A stretch of 64,000 bases of DNA from Holophagales bacterium UBA2201. Lineage in GTDB: Bacteria > Acidobacteriota > Thermoanaerobaculia > UBA2201. The first letter of the stretch is position 1. Every line of letters begins with the position of its first letter. Positions 8,259-16,605 of this stretch are shown here, piece after piece. Both the position numbers and the translations under genes were made by a program. Where the stretch lies: contig DCUZ01000073.1 of assembly GCA_002327305.1 (NCBI GenBank), positions 2,623 to 66,622 on the forward strand. Direction: 5' to 3'. The notes beneath the pieces are model-generated. The model had not been told where the DNA came from. It did no database searches and saw only the letters and a program-made list of their open reading frames with translations.

Positions 8259-8319
8259 ACCCCCTTTCCAAGGCCCGCGGGGGCTGGGTTTTCCGGTCCA
8301 TCCCCCCGGGGCGCCGTGG

Positions 8320-8325
8320 TATAGT
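8320..8325 (+). promoter_or_regulatory. TATAGT -10 box 6 nt upstream of the ATG at 8332 (candidate leaderless promoter)
   Basis: Sequence ggTATAGTgtgccgATG. Confidence 0.4.
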
Positions 8326-8331
8326 GTGCCG

Positions 8332-9615
8332 ATGAACGTCGCCGTCCTGGGGGGGGGATTTTCAGGGCTCTATGCCGCCCACCGCCTGGCGGGGCGCGCC
8401 CGGGTCGAGGTGTTCGAGGCCTCGTCGGCCCCGGGCGGGCTGGCGGGGCCCGGGGCGGACGGCGGCGGCTTCGACCGCTATTATCATTTCATCTGCCGCA
8501 CGGACGGGGCCTACCTGGCCCTCCTGGACGAACTGGGGCTGAAGGGGCGCCTGGCCTTCCGCCGCGTCCGGACCGGCCAATTTTGCGACGACCGCCTCCA
8601 CCCCTTCTCCACCCCCTTGGACCTCCTCGGGTTCTCTCCCGTCCGACTGCCCGACCGGCTCCGTTTCGTCCTCGGGACCTTCGCGGCGCGCAATCGGAAG
8701 GAGTGGCTTGACCTGGACCGCGTTCCCGCGCGCCGGTGGCTGGAGCAGACCTTCGGGCGCAAGGGGTACGACGTCATCTGGGCCCCGCTCCTGCGGGCCA
8801 AGTTCGGTCCCGAGGCGGAGGAGGTCTCGGCGGCGTGGATCTGGCACCGGATCCACCGCGTCACCCGCTCCCGCCGCGTCCCCTGGGCCCGCGAATCGTT
8901 CGCGGCGCTCCACCCCGGGACGGCCGTGGCGCTGGAGGCCCTGGCCGGGCGGCTGGAGGCCCGGGGGGGGCGCCTGCGCCTCTCGGCGCCGGTGGAGCGG
9001 ATCGCCCCCGTGGACGGCCGATGGACGCTGTGGTCGGGGGGGGAGGCGTTCGGTCCCTACGATGCCCTCCTTTCCACCCTCCCCCTGCCGGTCCTGGGAC
9101 AAGCGGTGGAGGCGGCGGAGCCGGCCCTGGCCGCGCGGCTGGGCGCCTTCAAGTACCTGGCGGTGCGGTGCGCCGTCCTGCGGCTCAAGCGGCCCGCCAG
9201 CCCCTACTTCTGGATCAACGTGAACGACCCCCGCGTCCCGTTCGCCGGCGTCATCGAACTTTCCCACCTCCATCCCCCCGGCCCCTTCCGCCTGGTCTAC
9301 CTGCCCGCCTATCTGGCCCCCGACGATCCGCTGGCGCGGATGCCGCAGGAGGAGTTCCTGGCGCGGTGCCTGGAGCCCCTGCCGCGCATCCTGGACGGCT
9401 TCGACCCCGGAGGGATGATCGAAGCGCGGGTCTTTGGCGACCGGTACGCCCAGCCGGTCTGCACCGTGGGGACGGGCGCGGCCCTCCCCCCGATCGCCCT
9501 CCTTCCGGGGCTGTTCGCGTTCGATTCGTTCCATCTGTATCCCGAGGACCGCACCCTCAACGGGATGATCGGCGTGGCCGACCGGGCCGTGGCGGCCCTG
9601 GCCGGGGATCAGTAG
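8332..9615 (+). CDS. FAD/NAD(P)-binding oxidoreductase (amine oxidase / phytoene desaturase-like)
   Basis: N-terminal dinucleotide-binding motif VAVLGGGFSGLYAA...VEVFEASSAPGG. Confidence 0.75.
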   Translation: MNVAVLGGGFSGLYAAHRLAGRARVEVFEASSAPGGLAGPGADGGGFDRYYHFICRTDGAYLALLDELGLKGRLAFRRVRTGQFCDDRLHPFSTPLDLLGFSPVRLPDRLRFVLGTFAARNRKEWLDLDRVPARRWLEQTFGRKGYDVIWAPLLRAKFGPEAEEVSAAWIWHRIHRVTRSRRVPWARESFAALHPGTAVALEALAGRLEARGGRLRLSAPVERIAPVDGRWTLWSGGEAFGPYDALLSTLPLPVLGQAVEAAEPALAARLGAFKYLAVRCAVLRLKRPASPYFWINVNDPRVPFAGVIELSHLHPPGPFRLVYLPAYLAPDDPLARMPQEEFLARCLEPLPRILDGFDPGGMIEARVFGDRYAQPVCTVGTGAALPPIALLPGLFAFDSFHLYPEDRTLNGMIGVADRAVAALAGDQ

Positions 9616-10055
9616 GACTCCGCCGAGCGCTCCCGAGACAGTTCCCGCTTCTTGATGGCCTCGCGCTTGTCGTAGAGGCGCTTCCCCTTGGCCAGGGCGA
9701 TCTCGATCTTGATCTTCGGCGGCTTCATGTAGATCTTCAAGGGCACGATGGTGAGCCCCTTCTCCCGGACTTTGCCCTGCCAGCGCTCGATCTCCTTCTT
9801 GTGCATCAGCAATTTGCGGTCCCGGTCGGGGTCCACGGGGTCGTGGTGGGCGTGGGGGTAGGGGGAGATGTGGGCGCCGACGAGAAAGATCTCGCCGCCC
9901 CGGATCTGGACGAAACTCTCCTTGAGGTTGCCGCGGCCGTCCAGAAGCGACTTCACCTCGGGGCCCAGGAGGGCGATGCCGCACTCCAGGGTCTCGAGGA
10001 TGAAGAACTCATGAAAGGCTTTGCGGTTCTGGACCAGGACCTTTGATTCCTTCAT
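9609..10055 (-). CDS. smpB: SsrA-binding protein SmpB
   Basis: VLVQNRKAFHEFFILETLECGIALLGPEVKSL and the basic C-terminal tail match SmpB. Confidence 0.9.
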   Translation of the reverse strand: MKESKVLVQNRKAFHEFFILETLECGIALLGPEVKSLLDGRGNLKESFVQIRGGEIFLVGAHISPYPHAHHDPVDPDRDRKLLMHKKEIERWQGKVREKGLTIVPLKIYMKPPKIKIEIALAKGKRLYDKREAIKKRELSRERSAESY

Positions 10056-11622
10056 GGGTCTGGATGAAGGCGATGAACTGGGGGGTCAGTTCGGGGTCGA
10101 ACTGCACCCCCGCCTTGCTCTTGAGGATGTCGAGGGCCTGCGAGGTCTCCACCCGGGGGCGGTAGGAGGTCTTGCTGGTCATGGCGTCGTAGGCCTCGAT
10201 GAGGTGGATGATGCGCGACCCGAAGGGGATGGCCTCGCCGAGGAGCTGGTCGGGGTAGCCGCTGCCGTCCCACCGCTCGTGGTGGTGGAGGACGAGGGAA
10301 TAGACCTCGTGGGGGAAGGGGACGTCCTGGATGAGGTGGGCGCCCACCTTGGGGTGCTGCTGGAGGAGGCGGTACTCGTCGTCGGCGAGGGACTTCTTGT
10401 GGTAGAGCTTGGTGTAGTCCAACTCCCGCATCCCCACGTCGTGGAGGAGCCCCGCCAGGGTGATGCGCTCCGTTTCCCGCGGGTCCACCCGCAGGGCGGC
10501 GCAGAAGTTGCGGACGATGTCCGCCACCATCAGGGAGTGGAGCTTGAGGGAGGAGCAGGAGGTGAGGCCGGGCTCCAGAAACTTCTCGAGGATGGCGTAG
10601 AAGCTCTGCCCGACGAGGAAGTTGTCCACTTCCAGGCGGACCAGGTGCTTGGTGACGGTCAGCATGGGGCCCAGGGCCTGCACCTGGTCGCGGTCCAACT
10701 GCTTGATGGTGAAGTAGTTGAAGAAGATCTGCACCTCGGGCTGGAGGACCAGGGCGTGGTTGAGGACGCGGAAGGCGTGGAGTTCGTTCTGCCCCTCGCC
10801 CAGGGGGAAGTGCTTCTTGACGAACAGCCCCCCGCCCGGCTCCGCCTTGAGCCGCTGGGTGATGGCGGCGCGCCCCTCCGCGGCGATGCGCTGGAGGATC
10901 TCCTGCGGCAGGGCGTGTTTCCCCCCCGTGACCAGGTAGCACCCCTTGGAGGTGTAGATGGAGTAGACCGCCACCAGGAAGTCGGGGTCGGTGAGGTAGA
11001 GCTCCACGAGGCGGCAGCAGGCGGTCTGCAGGGCCGCCGTGGGCTCGGTGAAGGGGTTCTGGGTGCGGGGGTCGGGGGCGGTGGTCAGCGCCGCCACCTT
11101 GCTGTAGATGTTCTCGATGATGGGGATCTCCTGGGAGGGGCGTCCGATGGGGGGCGCGTCCAGGGAGGGGGGCGGGAGGATCTCCTTGCGCTTGAGGGAG
11201 GCCAGGTGCTTGCCGATCTTCATGGAGATCCCGTCGGCGATCTGCAGATCGCCGTCCTCGAACGGGACGCGGCCCGCCTTGTCCCGGATGTCCAAAAAGC
11301 CGGCGATCCTCTCCAGATAGACGGGGCAGACCAGCATGCGCGAGGTGTTGGTCATCACGAGGAGGGGCTTGAGGTCCCCCGCCTCGGTGATGCTGTTGAT
11401 GCAGAAGGGTTTCCGCTCCATGTACAGCGTCTCCACCAGGGCGCCGCTCTTGTGGTGGATCGCGGGGAGCTGGTCGGCCTTGGTGAAGCCGTAGAAGGCC
11501 TTGAGATGGAAATCGCCCTCCGGCCCGATGAGGTAGCAGGCGGCCTTGGTCGCCCGCATCTCCTCCAGGCAACTGTACAGGATCTCCTTGAATTTCAGTT
11601 CGGCGCTCTTATCCTCGGACAT
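10009..11622 (-). CDS. HD-GYP domain c-di-GMP phosphodiesterase with N-terminal GAF-like region
   Basis: HDVGM...HHERWDGSGYP is the HD-GYP signature. Its 3' end overlaps smpB by 47 nt. Confidence 0.85.
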   Translation of the reverse strand: MSEDKSAELKFKEILYSCLEEMRATKAACYLIGPEGDFHLKAFYGFTKADQLPAIHHKSGALVETLYMERKPFCINSITEAGDLKPLLVMTNTSRMLVCPVYLERIAGFLDIRDKAGRVPFEDGDLQIADGISMKIGKHLASLKRKEILPPPSLDAPPIGRPSQEIPIIENIYSKVAALTTAPDPRTQNPFTEPTAALQTACCRLVELYLTDPDFLVAVYSIYTSKGCYLVTGGKHALPQEILQRIAAEGRAAITQRLKAEPGGGLFVKKHFPLGEGQNELHAFRVLNHALVLQPEVQIFFNYFTIKQLDRDQVQALGPMLTVTKHLVRLEVDNFLVGQSFYAILEKFLEPGLTSCSSLKLHSLMVADIVRNFCAALRVDPRETERITLAGLLHDVGMRELDYTKLYHKKSLADDEYRLLQQHPKVGAHLIQDVPFPHEVYSLVLHHHERWDGSGYPDQLLGEAIPFGSRIIHLIEAYDAMTSKTSYRPRVETSQALDILKSKAGVQFDPELTPQFIAFIQTHEGIKGPGPEPQSLS

Positions 11623-11664
11623 CCTCTATATGATAGCAGTATTTCCTTTTCAATTTCAAAGGGG

Positions 11665-11670
11665 TATAAT
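11665..11670 (+). promoter_or_regulatory. GGGGTATAAT -10 box 10 nt upstream of the ATG at 11681
   Basis: Sequence aaaGGGGTATAATtcgggacggtATG. Confidence 0.4.
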
Positions 11671-11680
11671 TCGGGACGGT

Positions 11681-12220
11681 ATGGCGCGCCCCCTTCTCCT
11701 GGCGGGTCTCCTGTGCCTGGCGGCCCTTCCGGCCGCCGCCCAGGAACCCCGCATCGCCGAATTCTCCCTCGCCGTGGAGCACCGGGTCGTCTCCATGACC
11801 CTCCAGGTGGAGGACGCCTTCGTCCCGGAGGTGATGGCGCGCATCCGGAGCGGCTTTCCCGTCACCTTCACCTACGATTTCGCCCTTCGGTCGGCCCGGC
11901 GGTTCCGCGACCGCACCTGGGCCAGGACCCGCCTCACCGTCACCTGCAAATACGACCCGGTGCGGGTGGAGTACCGGATCAACTACCGCCGAGACGGCCA
12001 GCTCTTCGACACCCGCTATTTCCACCAGTGGCCGGAGGCGTCCAGGGCCATGGTCCGGCTGGACCGTCTCGCTCTGTTCGACATTCCGGAGGAGGCGCGG
12101 GGGCGGCAGGTCTTCGTCACCGTGGAGGCGCACCTCCTCTCCCGCTCCAAGTGGCTTGTCCTCCCGGACGACCTGAAGGCCCCGGAGGTGTCCTCCACCA
12201 TCTTCACCACGCATGAGTAG
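11681..12220 (+). CDS. DUF4390 domain protein (periplasmic, signal peptide)
   Basis: Starts MARPLLLAGLLCLAALPAAAQE. I recall DUF4390 as a common upstream partner of ntrY-type kinase genes. Confidence 0.65.
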   Translation: MARPLLLAGLLCLAALPAAAQEPRIAEFSLAVEHRVVSMTLQVEDAFVPEVMARIRSGFPVTFTYDFALRSARRFRDRTWARTRLTVTCKYDPVRVEYRINYRRDGQLFDTRYFHQWPEASRAMVRLDRLALFDIPEEARGRQVFVTVEAHLLSRSKWLVLPDDLKAPEVSSTIFTTHE

Positions 12221-14303
12221 CCGCCCCCCGAAGGTCCCCCTCTATCGCAACCTCACCTTCCTCGTGGGGCTGGTCCTCCTCCTGCTGGTGGTCTCCACCA
12301 CCTTCTACGCGTTCATCCTCCGCGCCCGGGACCTGCCGGTGTGGCTGGCGGCCAACCGGGTGCTGGTCTTCGTCCTCTGGTACGCCAACATCACCTTCCT
12401 CCTGGTTCTGGCCTTCATCATCCTGCGGCAGTTCGTCAAACTGGTCCTGGAGCGCCGCGGGCGCATCCTGGGCTTCCGGCTCCGCACCAAGCTCATCCTC
12501 TCCATGATGGCCCTGGTCCTGGTGCCCATCGTCTATCTCTTCATCGTGGCCTCCGACCTCGTCGTGCGGGCCAGCGACCTCCCCCCCGACCTTCCCCGGG
12601 TCCTGGAGGGGGGCGAGGCCCTCATCGCCGACTGGGACCGCGCCCGGGTGGAGGGGGCCGCCGCGATGGCCGGGGAGCTGAGGGCCCGCCTGGAGGCGGC
12701 GCCGGTGGGGTCCTGGTACCGCGAACTGGAGGCCTTCACCGCCTCCCGGGCGCCCATCGCCGAGGTGTACGAGGAGCGCCAGCTCCTGCTCGCCCTCAGC
12801 CGGGTCCCGGAGGTCTCCCCCCACGCCTTCCGCCTGCCGGGCGATTTCCTGGGTGAGGTGGAGCGGGCCGGCGACAGCTTCCTGTGGCTGGAACAGCGGG
12901 GCGCCTGGGTCCTGCGGGCGGGGACGGCCATGACCCACCGGGGGCGCGCCTACCAGGTCGTCGCCGGGGAGGTTCCCCCCCCCGCCCTGGCGCGGGCCCG
13001 GGCCGACTATCTCGCCTCGGCGCAGTCCCTTTCGCAGGTGGTCCTGCAGAAGGGGCTCCTGGACACCACCCGCACCCTCACCCTCCTCCTCCTCACCCTC
13101 AGTGTGGCGTTCGCCGGGGTGTGGATGGGGGCCTATCTCTCCCGTCAATTCACCCACCCCCTGCGGGAACTCCTCAAGGGCACCCGCCTGATCCGGCAGG
13201 GGGACCTGGATGTGCGGCTGGAAGCCCCCGCCATGGACGAGTGGGGGGTCCTCTTCAACGACTTCAACGCCATGGCCGAGGAACTGAAGCGCTACCGGGC
13301 CCTCCTGGCCGCCGAGCGGGAATACCTTTCCTCCCTCATCGCCCATCTCGCCCACGGCTTGGCCAGTTTCGAGCCCGACGGCACGATCGTCACCGCCAAC
13401 CCCGCCGCCCGGAGGACGCTCCGCCTGCCGGAGGGCGAGCCCAACCTCTACGCGGGGCTCGCGCGGGCCTGCCCCGTCCTGCTCGCCCCCGTGAAGGAGG
13501 CCGTCGAAACGGGCCGGGAGATGCGGAGCGGTGAGCTCGACATCACCCTCCAGGAGGGGATGCGGGCGGCCGTCTCCGTGGTGCGCCTCCCCGGCCGGCG
13601 GTGGCTCCTGGTGGTGGAGGACATCACCGCCCTCGTGCGCGTCCAGAAGCAGGCCACCTGGAAGGAGGCCGCCCAGCGCATCGCCCACGAGATCAAGAAC
13701 CCCCTCACCCCCATCCGGCTGATGGCGGAGCGGCTGAAGAAAAAGCTCGCCGCCGGAGAGCCGGCGCCCCCGGACGCCCAGGGGTCGCTGGACACCATCC
13801 TGGAGGAGGTGTCCAATCTCAAGAGCATGCTGGATGCCTTCTCCCAGTTCGCCCGGATGCCCCTCCCCAACCCCCAGCCCTTCGATCTGCGGGAGCTGTT
13901 CGCCCAGTTGGAGGAGGTGTACCGGGGCCTCCACCCCGCCCTGCGGTTCACTTTCGCCGTGGCGGAGGGGTTCCCTTCCCTGAAAGCCGACCGGGAGCTG
14001 GTCCGCCGCGCCCTGGTGAATCTGCTCGACAACGCGGCCGAGGCGTGCGCCATGGAGGGGGAGGTGAGGGTGGAGGCCGAGGTGGAAGGGGGATGCGCCG
14101 TCCTGCGGGTGGCCGACACCGGCCCGGGGGTCCCCGATGAAAACAAGGAGCGCGTCTTCCAGCCCTATGTCTCCAGCAAGGGGAGGGGGTCGGGGATGGG
14201 GCTCTCCATCGTGGACCGCATCGCCCGCGACCACGGCGGAAGCGTCCGCGTCTCCGACAATGCCCCCCGCGGGGCGGTGTTCATCCTGACGCTGCCCTTG
14301 TAA
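12213..14303 (+). CDS. NtrY-like sensor histidine kinase (TM - HAMP - PAS - HisKA - HATPase_c)
   Basis: AHEIKNPLTPI is the H-box. The ATP-binding region has the DNAAEA N-box (ALVNLLDNAAEA) and the G-boxes DTGPGVP and GSGMGLSIV. Confidence 0.85.
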   Translation: MSSRPPKVPLYRNLTFLVGLVLLLLVVSTTFYAFILRARDLPVWLAANRVLVFVLWYANITFLLVLAFIILRQFVKLVLERRGRILGFRLRTKLILSMMALVLVPIVYLFIVASDLVVRASDLPPDLPRVLEGGEALIADWDRARVEGAAAMAGELRARLEAAPVGSWYRELEAFTASRAPIAEVYEERQLLLALSRVPEVSPHAFRLPGDFLGEVERAGDSFLWLEQRGAWVLRAGTAMTHRGRAYQVVAGEVPPPALARARADYLASAQSLSQVVLQKGLLDTTRTLTLLLLTLSVAFAGVWMGAYLSRQFTHPLRELLKGTRLIRQGDLDVRLEAPAMDEWGVLFNDFNAMAEELKRYRALLAAEREYLSSLIAHLAHGLASFEPDGTIVTANPAARRTLRLPEGEPNLYAGLARACPVLLAPVKEAVETGREMRSGELDITLQEGMRAAVSVVRLPGRRWLLVVEDITALVRVQKQATWKEAAQRIAHEIKNPLTPIRLMAERLKKKLAAGEPAPPDAQGSLDTILEEVSNLKSMLDAFSQFARMPLPNPQPFDLRELFAQLEEVYRGLHPALRFTFAVAEGFPSLKADRELVRRALVNLLDNAAEACAMEGEVRVEAEVEGGCAVLRVADTGPGVPDENKERVFQPYVSSKGRGSGMGLSIVDRIARDHGGSVRVSDNAPRGAVFILTLPL

Positions 14304-14840
14304 AGGCGCGGGAACGCTCCCCCACCCGCCCGCCCGGCGTGAAGGCGGATTGGGAATGTGGCGCCGACTCTCCAGTCGGCGGTTTCCCGATCATCCAAAA
14401 CCGCAGGTCGGAGGACCTGCGCTACACCGCGGGAAGGCAAAATGCGGGAACGCTCCCCCACCCGCCCGCTCGGCGTGAAGGTGGATTGGGAATGTGGCGC
14501 CGACTCTCCAGTCGGCGGTTTCCCGATCATCCAAAACCGCAGGTCGGAGGACCTGCGCTGCACCGCGGGAAGGCAAAATGCGGGAACGCTCCCCCACCCG
14601 CCCGCCCGGCGTGAAGGCGGATTGGGAATGTGGCGCCGACTCTCCAGTCGGCGGTTTCCCGATCATCCAAGGCCCCAGGTCGGAGGACCTGCGCTATACC
14701 GCGGGAAGGCCAAATGCGGGAACGCTCCCCCACCCGCCCGCTCGGCGTGAAGGTGGATTGGGAATGTGGCGCCGACTCTCCAGTCGGCGGCTTCCCGATC
14801 ATCCAAGGCCGCAGGTCGGAGGACCTGCACTACATCCCAC
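14302..14840. repeat. tandem array of a 136-bp non-coding repeat, about 4.3 units
   Basis: Units start at 14341, 14477, 14613 and 14749, with few mismatches. Each contains the hairpin CGCCGACT-CTCC-AGTCGGCG followed by TTT. The period is not a multiple of 3. Confidence 0.9.
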
Positions 14841-14878
14841 CCACCCCCGAAACTGAATTGGGGTGGGTGGGGGAACTT
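14836..14878. terminator. 12-bp GC-rich stem-loop CCCACCCACCCC...GGGGTGGGTGGG closing the repeat array, 26 nt downstream of the TonB-like gene stop
   Basis: Inverted repeat with no clear U-tract. Confidence 0.35.
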
Positions 14879-14903
14879 GAAACCTGGAACTGTTTCTTAT
14901 GCG

Positions 14904-15659
14904 CTACTGCAGTTTGAACGACATCGTGACGAGATAATCCATGGCCACGGGGTTGCCGTCCTTGGCGCCCGGTTCGAACTCCCACCGCATCGCCGCCTCG
15001 CACGCGGGGGCGACGAACCGGTCGTCGTCGGCCTTGGCCTTTTCGCATTTCACCACCTTTCCCTTTTCATCGATTCGCAACTTCAACGCCACGGTGCCCT
15101 GGGCCCGTTCCTTTTTCAAGTCCTCCGGGTAGTTCAGGGCGACCTTGGTCACTACGCGGGGCGGGACCTCGCCTTTCCGGGTGAGGGGGTTGAGGATGCC
15201 GATGAGGAAGATCAGGTGGCCGTCGAGGCGGGAGGAGAGGGTGAAGGGTTGGCCCGGCCTGACGACCAGTTCGGCCCCGGAAGGGTCTTTGCCATTGGTG
15301 GAGAATTGAAGTGAGATGTGGGCCGTCTCCTTGTCCATGGAAATGGGCTTGAAAGTCGTCTGCACGGTCTCGACCGGAGACCCGTCAGGCATCCCGCTCT
15401 GCACCTTGGCGGTCATGCCCACGGGGGTGACGATCCGCGGCGCGCTGACCAGATCCAGGGTCTTGAGATGGAACGTTCGCATGATCTCCTCGGCCACGCC
15501 GGGGCCCGCCATGGGGGTCAGTTTCCCCTCGGGAAGGGAGATGACGACGCTCCCGGCCTCCTTTGCATCGTAACCGCCGACGTAGACCTTCAGATCGAGC
15601 ACCACATCCTGGGCCAACAGCAGGGATGGAAGAAGCAGGATCAAGCAGGTGATTTTCAT
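14904..15659 (-). CDS. secreted TonB C-terminal domain protein
   Basis: Has a signal peptide (MKITCLILLLPSLLLA). The C-terminal ~80 aa (YPEDLKKERAQGTVALKLRIDEKGKV...) match the TonB_C fold pattern. Confidence 0.7.
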   Translation of the reverse strand: MKITCLILLLPSLLLAQDVVLDLKVYVGGYDAKEAGSVVISLPEGKLTPMAGPGVAEEIMRTFHLKTLDLVSAPRIVTPVGMTAKVQSGMPDGSPVETVQTTFKPISMDKETAHISLQFSTNGKDPSGAELVVRPGQPFTLSSRLDGHLIFLIGILNPLTRKGEVPPRVVTKVALNYPEDLKKERAQGTVALKLRIDEKGKVVKCEKAKADDDRFVAPACEAAMRWEFEPGAKDGNPVAMDYLVTMSFKLQ

Positions 15660-15668
15660 GGGGTCCTC

Positions 15669-15968
15669 CTAAGGGGTTTGGATGAAGATGACGGAGCGGG
15701 AAGTATTGAGGTTGAAGACGATGACCGACGCGTCGCGGTCCCCGCTCCAGGCGCGGGTGACGACGGGGGTCTGTGTGAAGGGGACGGGGGGCGGGGGTTG
15801 GGGGGCGGGGGAGTAGAGCCACACCCCGCCCAGGACGAGCAGGACCAGGCCCGCGGTCGAGGCCAGGCCGGCCCGGACCCGGGCCCGCTTCCGGGCCCGG
15901 CCGCGGATGCCGGCCAGCACGGCGTCGGGATCGCGTTTCGGTTCGAAGGTCTCAAAGGGATGCGGCAT
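15669..15968 (-). CDS. candidate anti-sigma factor (single TM helix)
   Basis: 99 aa, with a basic N-terminus, one TM helix and a Pro-rich C-terminus. Its start overlaps the end of the sigma factor gene. Confidence 0.4.
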   Translation of the reverse strand: MPHPFETFEPKRDPDAVLAGIRGRARKRARVRAGLASTAGLVLLVLGGVWLYSPAPQPPPPVPFTQTPVVTRAWSGDRDASVIVFNLNTSRSVIFIQTP

Positions 15969-16431
15969 GGCTCTCCTCCTCCCACTTCAGGATTTTTTGG
16001 CGGACGCGGTGGCGGTGGACCCTCAGCGTCGCCTCCGCCATCCCCAGGGTGCGGGCGGCCTCGGGGTCGGTGAAATTGCGGTATTCCGTCAGAAGGAACA
16101 CCGCCCGTTCCCTTGGGGAAAACGAGCGGAACACGGTCGCGGCCCCCTCGGGGTCCGCCGCCTCCCGACCCTTCCGGACGGGGAGGAGGTGGCGAACGGC
16201 GGCCCACAGGCGGCGCCGCCTGAGGGTTTTGAGGCAGGTCCGCGCCAGGATCTTGTAGAAATAGGGGGCCGGGTCCGTTCCTTCGCGCAGGCGGCCGCGG
16301 ACGAGATAGAACTTGTAGAAGGCGTCCTGGGCGGCGTCCTCGGCCCCGTCCGGCCCCACCATCCCGGCGGCGAACCGGCAGGCCTCGGTGTATCTCTGTT
16401 CGAAGAAAGCCCCGAATTCCGCGTCGCTCAC
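15952..16431 (-). CDS. ECF-type RNA polymerase sigma-70 family factor
   Basis: Region 2 (FFEQRYTEACRFAAGMV...AQDAFYKFY) and region 4 (ERAVFLLTEYRNFTDPEAARTLGMAEATLRVHRHRVRQKI). The start is uncertain: a GTG at 16431 with AGGTG upstream was chosen, but in-frame ATGs exist at 16536 and 16554. Confidence 0.7.
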   Translation of the reverse strand: MSDAEFGAFFEQRYTEACRFAAGMVGPDGAEDAAQDAFYKFYLVRGRLREGTDPAPYFYKILARTCLKTLRRRRLWAAVRHLLPVRKGREAADPEGAATVFRSFSPRERAVFLLTEYRNFTDPEAARTLGMAEATLRVHRHRVRQKILKWEEESHAASL

Positions 16432-16593
16432 ACCTGTATTATCCCGCAGAAGTGCGGCTTGTTTACAGAAGAGGGGACGGATGGGCCCTTGAGGGCCGGA
16501 AGGCGAAAAGGCCGGGGCCTCGCTCCGGCGGGGCATTCCGCGGAATTTCCCCATGCCGGGGGGGCGCCGCCATGTTCGTTAAAAAATCGGCCC

Positions 16594-16599
16594 AAACAG
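16594..16599 (+). promoter_or_regulatory. TATAAT -10 box 6 nt upstream of the GTG at 16606
   Basis: Sequence gcgTATAATaatggaGTG. Confidence 0.4.
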
Positions 16600-16605
16600 G
16601 CGTAT

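Noticed and set aside
8362-10046. Long ORFs 8362..9984 (-) and 8736..10046 (+) across the oxidoreductase and smpB region
   Set aside because: They are Arg/Pro/Gly-rich with no motifs and are incompatible with the well-supported oxidoreductase (+) and smpB (-) genes.
10021-12216. 731-aa plus-strand ORF and 506-aa alternative minus frame over the HD-GYP gene
   Set aside because: The HD-GYP frame has the diagnostic HD...HHERWDGSGYP motifs. The others are low-complexity GC-frame artefacts.
12204-14234. 676-aa minus-strand ORF antisense to the NtrY-like kinase
   Set aside because: The kinase frame has H-box, N-box and G-box motifs. The antisense frame is Gly/Glu/Pro-rich noise.
14339-14917. Nine small overlapping ORFs on both strands inside the 136-bp repeat array; possible CRISPR interpretation
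   Set aside because: The ORFs are the same repeat read in different frames (period 136 is not divisible by 3). It is not a CRISPR because whole units repeat without unique spacers and no cas genes are present.
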